A stretch of DNA of 64,000 nucleotides from Podarcis filfolensis (lineage: Eukaryota): assembly GCA_964270895.1 (NCBI GenBank), contig OZ185438.1, one strand, 5' to 3'. The notes below the pieces were generated by a model, which did no database searches, was not told the DNA's origin, and saw nothing but the letters and a program-made list of their open reading frames with translations. Below, one piece after another: positions 54,301 through 64,000 of the stretch. Numbering within the stretch: position 1 is the stretch's first letter; each line of letters begins with the position of its first letter. The translations under genes and the position numbers were made by a program.

Positions 54301-54956
54301 TTCTTTTGGCAAGTGGATAGGCCAGCCCCATGCAGCTGATTTTTCTTTGAGTTCAGATCAATTTAGTCCATGATCAAATCAGACCCTTGTTATTTACAGG
54401 CTAACTTGCAAGTCAAGCACTTTCTTGAAAGCATAAGCACAATAAACTTTGCAGTTCACTAGAATATACAGAGACAAACAAAAAATTATGCGATGCACAA
54501 TGAGGGAACTAGAGAGGGTAAGCCTCTTTTGTTCACAGCTAGAAAACAATTTTCCCAAGCTTAGATCTCCTTTCAAAGCCCCAACATTCTGCTTATTGCA
54601 TTACTCTGCCTGAAACTTGGATTTAATAGCATTGGGGTCATTAGAACAGTCAGCACAATATAAACAATCTGATTACTGGATTTCAGCTGAGATATTGAAC
54701 TTGGCATCAAGTACTTTGATCTCTGTTCTTACTCACTGTCAGTCAGCAAAATTCTGTTAATAAGGTAGCACTGAAATTGCTCAACTGAACAGTTTCACAT
54801 GTCTTTGATTCTTCCTTTCATTTCTCTAACTTTGACAGATTGTTTTGGGGTTCTAAATTGTCTCTGTGTTGAACTAAAGTCATGCAGTAGTTGGGAACTT
54901 TGGAAAAACAGTGTTCTATGTAGATTGTCCTGGTCAATGTCTATGGCACATCAAAT

Positions 54957-55905
54957 GTTAAAAACTTCCCTAAACAGGGCTGCCTTCAGATGTCTTCTAA
55001 AAGTCAGATAGTTGTTTATTTCCTTAATGGGAGGGTGTTCCACAGGGTGGGCACCACTACCGAGATGGCCCTCTGCCTAGTTCCCTGTAATCTCACTTCT
55101 CTCATTGAGGGAACCGCCAGAAGGCCCTTGGTGCTGGACTTCAGTGTCCGGGCTGAACGATGGGGGTGGTCTGAGGCCATTTAGGGCTTTAAAGTTCAGC
55201 ACCAACACTTTGAATTGTGCTCAGAAACGTACTGGGAGCCAATGTAGGTCTTTCAGGACCGATGTTATATGATCTTGGCAGCCACTTCCAGTCACCAGTC
55301 TAGTTGCTGCATTCTGGATTAGTTGCAGTTTCTGGGTCACCTTCAAAGGTAGCCCACGTAGAGTGCATTGCAGTAGTCCAAACAGGAGATAACTAGAGCA
55401 TGCACCACTTTGGCGAGACAGTCTGTGGGCAGGTAGGGTCTCAGCCTGCATACCAGATGGAGCTGGCAGACAGCTGCCCTGGACACAGAATTGACCTGCA
55501 CCTCCATAGACAGCTGTGAGTCCAAAATGACTCTCAGGCTGTGTACCTGCTCCCTCAGGGTCTCCCCAAAAACAATACTTCTGTCTTGTCAGGATTCAAC
55601 CTCAATCTGTTAGCTGCCATCCATCCTCCAACTGCCTCCAAGCACTCACACAGGACCTTCACCGCCTTCACTGGTTCTAATTTAAAAGAGAGGTAGAGCT
55701 GGGTATCATCTGCATACTGATGAACACCCAGCCCAAACCCCCTGATTATCTCTCCCAGCGGCTTCATATAGATATTAAAAAGCATGGGGGAGAGGACGGA
55801 ACCCTGAGGCACCCTACAAGTGAGAGCCCAGGGGTCTGAACACTCATCCCCCAAAACCACTTTCTGGACACGGCCCAGGAGAAAGGAGCAGAACCACTGT
55901 ATAAC
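54957..55905 (-). mobile_element. L2-clade LINE 3' fragment (decayed RT ORF)
   Basis: VPQGSVLSPMLFNIYMKPL...HQYADDTQLY (RT YADD), LDYCNALYVG, KLQLIQNAATRLVTG...HITSVLKDLHWLPVRF; frameshifts and internal deletions; ends approximate. Confidence 0.88.
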
Positions 55906-57325
55906 ATTGTAAACAGTCCAAACATTTGCATAGGTCTAGGGAACACAATATTTAGTGGTAAAGGCCACACAAGTCAAGAAAAAACTTAAGCCACTTTCTA
56001 GCTTCACTGCTCAGGGTTACAATATCTAGTTAGTTGTCCCTCAAAGATATTTGAGGGTGCCCAGAGACAATGCCCCATTTTGAGAACACAGCCTTTTCTT
56101 CCAAAACAATAAGAAATGTGATGCCATAAAACCTGAATGTATTCTGTTGCTTCAGGTAATTTGACCTTCATAGCTGTATCAAAAAGAGATTGTGCAAGTT
56201 GTCATACTAGATATTTCCTTGGCAGCTACCCAACGCTGAAACCAAATTGATATTGTAGCATTATGAGCTATTTAGGCAATTACAGCATGTTGCACAAATT
56301 GTTTAATCAGCTGCTTCAGAGGCTGCAAACTCTGTAGATTGGATTCAGAGCCTTATCTGAAACTTGATATAATGTATAAAGAGGAACTGCAGGTGATAGA
56401 CAAGAATGGGCTTAATGCTGTGCTAGAAAGGAAGGCCTGTGAGGTTCAAATCTAAAAGAACAAGTTACCCGAGATGCTAGGCAAACTATGTGCCCATATG
56501 AAATAAGAATGCCGTTCACGCCATTTATGGCAGGGATGAATTTGCCACAATCCTCCTCCCCTGGAAAAAGAAGAGAGGTGGTATCTCCCTAGGGGAGGAC
56601 AATGGTCCGAGGGCAATTTTGCCCAATGGAGAGAGAGGTGGTGACAGGCTATTTAGGCCTACTCCACCCTGCACGCTTCCCTCTTCTTTATTCAGCACCC
56701 TCCCTCCTTTTTGCAGCATAGGCCTACAGGCTAGTCATCTGTTTTCCGGGGGCTGAGTAGGATTTTTTTTGGCGACTATAATTGGCTTCTGGTCTTCTCT
56801 TTTTTTACTGACTCCACACCACTCTTGAAGTGGTGTTCCTTCAATTTGGTTAGTTGGCATGTACTCTGGACAGGTGAGAAGATTTCAGAAAGAACAGAAC
56901 ACGTACCTAAGGCAGTGTTGGGTTGTGGGCATCCCTTGGTCACTGTTGTCAGGCATGGCTTGCAGGTGCTGGGGGTGGGGTGCCCTTTGGCCTGGCAGAC
57001 ACAATGGGGTGAATGCTGGTCAATGGGCCACAGTGTGCCTGTTTGGCTCTTACACTCAAGGTCCAGGCAGCGGGGAGGGGGGAATATTAGGAAACCTTGC
57101 TGCATGCACACAATGTGCAGCTGTTAACTTGCCCAGATGATGGGGATAGAAATTGCCCCCTCTGTTAATGAACACCTGCCCAGAATTAATTTGATTTGGT
57201 TACATTGGCTGAATGTGACTAGTTAATTTGTTTTGCAGATCCACAAGTTGTTATATTTAGTAAATATAACCTATTTATCCACATTTGGTTGTCTTGACAC
57301 TTCTTCTTGGTGTGCTGACAAATTA

Positions 57326-57583
57326 CCGTATTTTTCGGTCTACAGGACACACTTTTTCCCCTCCAAAAATTAAGGGGAAATGTGTGTGCGTCCTATGGAG
57401 CAAATGCAGGCTCCTTGGCTTCGGTGATAGCAACGCGAAGCCTCCAAAGCACAGAGGGAGCGCTCCCTCCACGCTCCGGAGGCTTCGCGTTGCTTTCGCT
57501 GAAGCCTGGAGAGCGAGAGGGGTCGGTGCGCAAAACAAGGTGCATCCTATGGTCGGGTGCGTCCAATAGAGCGAAAAATATGG
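57326..57583. mobile_element. Tc1/mariner-type MITE, copy 3
   Basis: Same TIR family and TA TSD; shorter core. Confidence 0.85.
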
Positions 57584-58034
57584 TAATATACTGCATAGAT
57601 ATTCTATAGCAGGAATGACTGATCTGTGCTTTCCACCAAAGCAAATAGTCTTGTACAGCCACATTAGCAGCATTAGTGAAAACACAGCATACTTGAATGA
57701 GCTCTCTGAAACTACCAGATAAATGAGGTTGTGTGAATTTTCATAGTGTGGGTACTTGTGACATCACAGAGATGCCTAAAATTGAATGTTTCTACCAGAA
57801 TCTGGCCATCAGCAATATAAATGACAATATAATTGGAACTGATGCAAACTGCTGAGTAGCTTATTACCCACAGAGTGATAATTACCGTACCTAGTTTCCA
57901 TTCCAAGCACTGGAAAGGTTTCCTCACCCACCGGTACCCTTAAGGAAAAGGCCAATTAAGCAGAGATCAAGGGAGCAATCAAAGATACCCCACAGTTCAG
58001 AAACAGTCTATTACCCATGACCAGTTGGAGGAAG

Positions 58035-58094
58035 GTGTGTGTGCATGTGTATGTGTATGTGTATGTGTGTGTGTGTGTGTGCGCGCGCGCGCGC
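58035..58094. repeat. 60-bp alternating purine-pyrimidine tract ending in (GC)7
   Basis: gtgtgtgtgcatgtgtatgt...gtgtgcgcgcgcgcgcgc. Confidence 0.95.
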
Positions 58095-58537
58095 TACCAC
58101 AATCTCCCTTGTTCTTGTTTCCCATAGAATGAAGCACAGTGGACACTGTGGTGTTTTCCAGATACATGGTTTATTTACACATACATACAACCGTTTGCAG
58201 CATTGACACCCCAAGCGGGCCTTGCCTCCCCCATAGCTGCAACCTTGAATTCAAACAGAAATCAAACATCACACTGTCTCTCTCAGTTCCTAGTGTGCTG
58301 CTTAAATTCTGGCTCAAATCACTGAAACTCTCTGCTCTCAGCTCTGCCTTTGTCCTTCTAACTATCTGCGAGTTGATGGAAGGCCCCACTCATATGCCAT
58401 CTCACACAGAGCCCCTTTCCTTTGCTCCCCTTAATGGCTCATTACCCAGCTGACTGCCTCATCAAGAAGCTAGTCTCACTTATAGTTTAACACTTGCTGG
58501 ATCCAAGGGTTAGAAGGGTCCTTGTTCCCAATCACAG

Positions 58538-58541
<4 letters not shown>

Positions 58542-58581
<40 letters not shown>
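58542..58581. repeat. (CT)20 microsatellite
   Basis: Directly visible. Confidence 0.95.
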
Positions 58582-58583
<2 letters not shown>

Positions 58584-58900
58584 GGAAGGTGACAAGAACA
58601 GTTCATTTTGTTTAAGAAATACTATTATAAATTATTTGTAAAGAGAATGCAGCAAATAAATCTTTCAAAAATGTTGCCTGGCTACCTTACCTAACAGCAC
58701 AAAGTGATAATAGTGTGAGGGTGTTTACATAGTGCACAAACATTGTGCAAGGCTCTATTTGCTGTATTGAGCAAGTTTAATGTTACCTGGAGTTTTGCCT
58801 TCAAAATGCAATCTCAGCCTTTGAACAGTAGCCATTAAAAATGCTGACAGATTTATATTTATGGCCCAATAAGGTGATAAGAATGCAACTGTCCTGTTAT

Positions 58901-59531
58901 AATTTCCCCAAGCTTAGATCTCCTTTCAAAGCCCCAACATTCTGCTTTATTGCATTACTTTGCCTGAAAATTGGATTTAATAGCATTGGGATCATTAGAG
59001 CAGTCTGCATAATATAAACAATCTGATTACTGGGTTTCAGCTGAGATATTGAACTTGGCATCAGATACTTTGATCTCTGTTCTTTCTCACTGTCAGTCAG
59101 CAAAATTCTGTTAATAAGGTAGCACTGAAATTACTCAACTGAACAGTTTCACACGCCTTTGATTCTTCATTTCATTTTTCTAACTTTGACAGATGGTTTT
59201 GGGGTCCTAAATTATCTCTGAGTTTAACTAAAGTCATGCAGTAGTTAGGAGCTCTGGAAAAACAGTGTTCTATGTGCACTGTGGTGTTTTTAAGGATACA
59301 TGGTTTATTTACACATATATACAACCTGAGCCTACAATGGAGGGGTTCGCAGCATTAACACCCCGAGGGCCTTGCTTCACCCATAGCTGCAGCCTTGGAT
59401 TGAAACAGAAATCAGACATCACTCTGTCTCTCTCAGTTCGTGGTGTGCTGCTTAAATTCTGTCTCAGATCACTGTCAAATTTATATTCATGGCCCAATAA
59501 GATGATAAGAATGCAACTGCCCTGTTATAAT
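58901..59531 (+). repeat. Composite local duplication (A' 58901-59275, B' 59277-59474, R' 59472-59531)
   Basis: Direct copies of 54548-54921, 58144-58324 and 58844-58903, all in the same orientation. Confidence 0.9.
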
Positions 59532-59970
59532 ATTTAAAGACTAATTAGTGGTAGCGGGACATCTCACCCAGTTATATCCAGTTTTCTTTCCAGAAGGAAG
59601 GAAGGCAGGCTGTGGTCAATGAATACATTGGGAGGTTCATGAATTAGAGAAGTGCTCTCCTGTGAACAGAGTTGGTGCTATTTGAACAAACCCACCCACC
59701 ACTGAGTACACAAATGAGTTTCACAGCTCACATCAGCCTTCCTCAAGCTGATGCCCTCCAGATATTACTTGGACTGCAGCTCACAACATTCCGGCCTCTT
59801 GGCTGAGGCTGATGGGAGTTGGAGGCCAGCAATAATTGGAAAGTTGCCTCTCACTATCAGGCTGCAGCCAGAACCATGAACTGAACTCTACTTTTGAATG
59901 AAGGCTAAACCTGGAAATGGGCAGGGAACCATGGCTTCTCTCCACACATTTAAGTACAGGTCCTTCGTAG

Positions 59971-60176
59971 CTCCTTCAGACATGTTTCCTGGCTACCTTG
60001 CAGTCACCTAACAGCACCAACTGATAACACTGTGAGGATGTTTTGGCAGAACACAAAGCCACTTTCAACATTGTGCAAGGTCCTATTTGCTGTATTAAGT
60101 ACGTTTAAGGTTACCTGAAGCTTTGAGTTTAAAACCCGAAATCAGTCTTAAATTTAAGTGGTTTGAATAATGACAG
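59971..60176 (+). repeat. Older direct copy of 58661-58850
   Basis: Shared blocks atgtt.cctggctacctt, cctaacagcac, aacattgtgcaagg, ctatttgctgtatt, gttacctg; about 70% identity by eye. Confidence 0.65.
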
Positions 60177-60494
60177 AGTTGCCCAGCATGCTTCTGGTGA
60201 CTGAAGCTTATTAAGTCCATTCTTTGAGAGAAAAATGTCAGCATTAGAGTCAGATACATCTACTTTCCAAAATATATATTATACTACAAAAGGGATTTAG
60301 GAAAGTTAAATGCTAAGTTCCTCTTCCCACACTGAATGATAAAGGACATCTGATGATATTCATGCCTAGAAATCTGTATGTCCTGAGCCAAAGGGACAAT
60401 TTGCTTAGAAAATGTTTTCTTCTCACATTATTTTTGGAATAGCCAAAGTCAAAACATTAGGTCCCTTATACTGGGAAGTAAATATGTACCTAAT

Positions 60495-61425
60495 TTTGAG
60501 AAGTTGGAGATAGCGTTTGTAAGTGGTCCGTGTTTCACAAGTATACAGTAAGATTGGTAGTACAATAGCTTTGTAAACAAGCATTTTGGTTTCCCTGTGA
60601 ATGTCCCGGCCCTCAAACACTCTGCACTTCAATCGGGAGAAAGCTGCACTTGCAGAGCTTAGGCAATGCTGGATTTTGGCATCAGTGCTGACCCTTGTGG
60701 AAAGATAACTGCCTAGGTAGGAGAAGTGATTGACATTTTCCAACGTTACACCATGGAGTTGGATTTGTGGCGCTGCAGAGGGGTTATTTTGTACTTGTTG
60801 GTGCAGCACTTTGGTTTTTTGGATGTTGAGCGACAGACCAAGCTTTTCGTAAGCTTCTGCAAAGATATTTAGGATGGTTGGGATATCTCTTGGGAAGACA
60901 GGCGAACTAATATCAGTGTACTGGACGAAGCAAAGATCACCAGTGTTGAAGCAATGATTCTTCAACATCAACTTCGTTGGACTGGTCATGTTGTGCGGAT
61001 GCCTGATTATCATCTTCCAAAGCAACTACTCTATTCCAAACTTAAAAATGGAAAGCGTAATGCTGGTGGTCAACAAAAGAGGTGTAAAGACTCTCTCAAG
61101 GCAAATCTAAAAAAATGTAGTATAAACACCAACAACTGGGAAACACTGGCCTGCGAGCGCTCCAATTGGAAAACAGCCTTTACCAAAGGTGTCATGGGCT
61201 TTGAAGACACTAAGAACTCAGAACGCAAGGGAGAAACGTGCTAAGAGGAAGGCACGCTTGGCAAATCCACAGCGTGATCAACTCCCACCCGGTAACCAAT
61301 GTCCCCACTGTGGAAGGATGTGTGGATCCAGAATTGGCCTCCACAGTCACCTACGGACTCATTGTTAAAACCGTGATTATGGAAGACAATCTTACTCGGC
61401 TACAAGTGATCGCCAAAGAAGAAGA
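60495..61425. mobile_element. RTE-clade LINE, 5'-truncated with a 5' inversion
   Basis: - strand 60495-~60882 encodes the RT thumb region (TILNIFAEAYEKLGLSLNIQKTKVL...LLYTCET). + strand ~60883-61368 encodes the ORF end (ISWEDRRTN...QLRWTGHVVRM...CPHCGRMCGSRIGLHSHLRTHC*). (GAA)n tail; TSD ATGTA(C/A)CTAAT at 60484-60494 and 61426-61436. Confidence 0.92.
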
Positions 61426-61763
61426 ATGTAACTAATCTGTGAGGAAAAACACACACTTTTCAATCTCCTTCACAACAGTCCAGCAGTAACTCTTCACCAA
61501 GAATGATGTGAATGATTACCATCTACTGAAAGCTTGCTGGACTTTTTCTTTTTGCCTCAGTTCAATGAGCAAACATCCTTCCCTTAAAGGCATATCAGGA
61601 TATGAGCACATGGCTAGCTTGTTCTTGCTGTCTGGATGCATGGCAGCTGGTTCAACAACCACAAATACAATTTAAGTTGAAGTAAGATTGTCGTGCAGTT
61701 GCCCAACTAAACCTTTTCAACAGCTCATGCATCCATGTTTCCTCTATTCCTCATCCCTTCCCA

Positions 61764-61849
61764 TAGCTCAGTCAGTAGAGCATGAGACTCTTAATCTCAG
61801 GGCCATGAGCAAAAGATTTATGCATTGCAGGGGGCTGGCCATTCTATGA
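61764..61849 (+). mobile_element. tRNA-Lys(CTT)-derived SINE with CR1-like tail, internally deleted
   Basis: tagctcagtcagtagagcatgagactcttaatctcaggg matches the tRNA-Lys D and anticodon arms; T-arm and acceptor are missing; followed by caaaagatt..gcattgcagggg and ttctatga. Confidence 0.75.
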
Positions 61850-62973
61850 AAACAGTGAGAAAAGAAAAGTTGCCCCAATACACTTTAATCAAACCGAAAG
61901 GTGTTAAGCCTCCAATATACATTTAACTCTTTCAAGCCATTCCCATCACCTCCAAACATCCTGCCTGCTACTGCCTCAGGCAGGTCTTCAGAGCATAAAG
62001 GCTGCATACACCAGCAGGCATTAAAGCACATTATCCCCACCCCCTTAAAAAAATAATTCTGGGAACAGTAGTTTGTTAAGGGTGCTGGGAATTGTTGCTA
62101 TGTGAGGGGCAAATTACAGTTCTGATGATTCATTGGGGGTAAGCATGTATTTTTAATGTGCTTTGAATTAATGGTGTGCAATGCCACCAAAGTCTACTAG
62201 AGTGGGGTAGGAGAAATTAAAGTGGGACAAGGGTTGAAGTGTCTGACATGACCTGATACTACTAAGCAGAGCTGCTGACTGAACTGAAAAGTGCATACTA
62301 TACTTCATCATTCACCTTCAAAAATGATCCTTTGGTTCTCTTAGCATCTGCTGGAACATTATAGGAGCATGTAAATCTGAAATTGCAAATCTTAACTTCA
62401 AAGACTTTTTTGTCGGATGTTGCTCATTAACCCTCACGACCCATATCAAACCTCTAGCCTCCTTCAGTCAATATAATAAAAGGATTTGTGCTTTCAGAAA
62501 AGTGTTAGGTGTTATAGGTGGTAACCTGTTGCTTTGATAGTCAAGATTTCTGCCAAAAGTGAAATACAGAAGATTTGAAAGAGCGGTAATGGTAGACAAA
62601 GTTTCTGAGGCGATTTTGCCACAGAAGTGCCAAGCTTTTATTTAGAAGTTCTGACTTGGTGACTGCTGATATTAGAGGCAGAAAGAGAAGCCAACTCTTT
62701 GCCTATGTGCGTAGACAGCATGCGTAGACAGCATTTAGCTCAAATTGGCAATAAAATATCTGGAGAAAGAAAGGCCAGTTCTAGTTTTCCAGACTAGACT
62801 TTTGAAGTCAGAAATCGCTAAGCCCAACAAAAAATACAAAGCTATAAATTTGCCCTTATGGTTGCATATATGGTAGCTATTTTTATGACAAATGGTCTAT
62901 GCCACAGAAGCTGTCTTAAAATGTGTTTAGAGAACAGTAAATGCATGACGTTAGGTAAGCAGGTTCCTTGGAG

Positions 62974-63153
62974 CAGTGGCGTAGCGTGGGTTGTCAGCAC
63001 CCGGGGCAAGGCAAGTAATTTGCGCCCCCTAACCCGTGGATTTGCGCCCCCTAACCCATGGATTTGCGCCCCCTAACCCATGGATTTGCCCTAACCCCAG
63101 ATGTTGCGCCCGGTGCGGCCCGCCCCCCCTGCACCCCCCACGCTACGCCACTG
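62974..63153. mobile_element. hAT-type MITE, short copy, inverted relative to the 15.2 kb copy
   Basis: Same TIR; perfect 8-bp TSD CCTTGGAG (62966-62973, 63154-63161); 22-bp tandem units. Confidence 0.9.
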
Positions 63154-64000
63154 CCTTGGAGTTTTATAGCACATCATCATGCAGACTACAAAGTAACAAA
63201 CCCTAATCTGAAATAATAATATAAGCCTAACACAGAGACAAATCAGCAAACTGTCACCATTTCCAGCAGGTAGGTTAATAGTGTATAGAACAGATCCAAA
63301 AGCAAAAGCACTCAGAATATTGAAAATTCAAAATGCTGGGCGTGCGGGGGGGACGGGGACGGGGACCTAACCAATTTTTTGCTTTTAAAAAAGCAGACAT
63401 CCTCTACTGTAACAGATGGAGATAAGATTGGAAATGTAATAAGACCGTCACACTACCAGTGCAGTACTATGCCTGTCTACTTAGACGTGCGCACCACTGA
63501 TTTTGATGGGACCTACTTCCAGGTGGAACCCTTAGCTGGGAAGAAATTCAATTTAACTTAGTGGGATTAACTTCTGAGTAGGCATGTAGATGATTGCACT
63601 GTGACTGACCTAGAAAAAGACCTTGCTTCACTTCAGATTGCTGCCCCACCCTAATCTACAGTTTTTAGGCAGGAACATCTCAGCCCCCCAAAAAAATATT
63701 CTGTAAAGGTAAGAGCAGCCAGCAATCCATTTTCCCCCCTACCCCTTAACAGTGTATAAGTTTTAAGCCTCATTCCCTCCTTAAATGCCTTAAAGGCATC
63801 TCTCCATCCTTTCCCTTCAATAAGCCTTTTCTTCCTCACTCTAGTGCTTCCCTTTAAGAGAAGAGGAAAACAGAATTATGGAAGTACCATGGAGGCACTT
63901 TTCTCACTGCTCCTTCTGCTTGCGTCTTTTGATCTCATCATCACCATCTCGTGTTACTACTGATGCTACTGCGGGTACAAAGAGTGGCAATTTATTTGGG

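Noticed and set aside
58901-59531. Composite duplication as a retrocopy of a spliced transcript
   Set aside because: The skipped intervals do not give clean GT-AG joins on either strand, there is no poly(A), and the junctions are microhomologies.
61764-61809. tRNA-Lys(CTT) gene
   Set aside because: The acceptor stem and T-arm are missing and the sequence runs into a CR1-like SINE tail, so it is a SINE head.
63020-63100. Interstitial telomere
   Set aside because: Only isolated CCCTAACCC motifs inside MITE units; no (TTAGGG)n array.
1-64000. Novel multi-gene, defence or CRISPR-type system
   Set aside because: The window is intron-rich vertebrate DNA. There are no repeat-spacer arrays, operons or long unexplained ORFs; the protein-coding signal I can recognise is MAO exons or LINE remnants.
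51316-64000. MAOB exon 1 (about 46 nt, DVVVxGGGISG)
   Set aside because: No matching GxGxxG exon with a donor or CpG-island promoter was found; it probably lies beyond 64000.

Overview
This is vertebrate genomic DNA, most likely from a squamate reptile (probably a lacertid lizard, judged from Sauria-type SINEs, L2/RTE LINEs and lizard-type MITEs). It holds the monoamine oxidase locus in the known tail-to-tail arrangement. An MAOA-type gene lies on the + strand (exons 5-15, 478-11296) and an MAOB-type gene on the - strand (exons 2-15, 51315-26717); MAOB exon 1 and MAOA exons 1-4 are outside the window. All 25 coding exons were placed by hand, and each has the conserved MAO exon length and phase, intact splice sites and no stops. 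The FAD-binding Cys (SGGCY), the aromatic-cage Tyr pair and the catalytic Lys are kept in both genes. The rest is intron and intergenic DNA with SINEs, LINE fragments, solo LTRs, MITEs and microsatellites. I found no prokaryotic features (CRISPR, operons, rRNA) and no evidence for a new multi-gene system. The best leads are: (1) an intact but unusually divergent MAOA-type protein; (2) an MAOB lacking the mammalian Ile199/Tyr326 gate; (3) a GC-AG last intron with a competing +4 GT donor that would remove the membrane anchor; (4) a three-segment templated duplication with junction microhomologies in MAOB intron 1; (5) a 5'-inverted, twin-priming-type RTE LINE with its target-site duplication. 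Comparisons with human or fish proteins and with repeat consensuses are from memory, not database searches.
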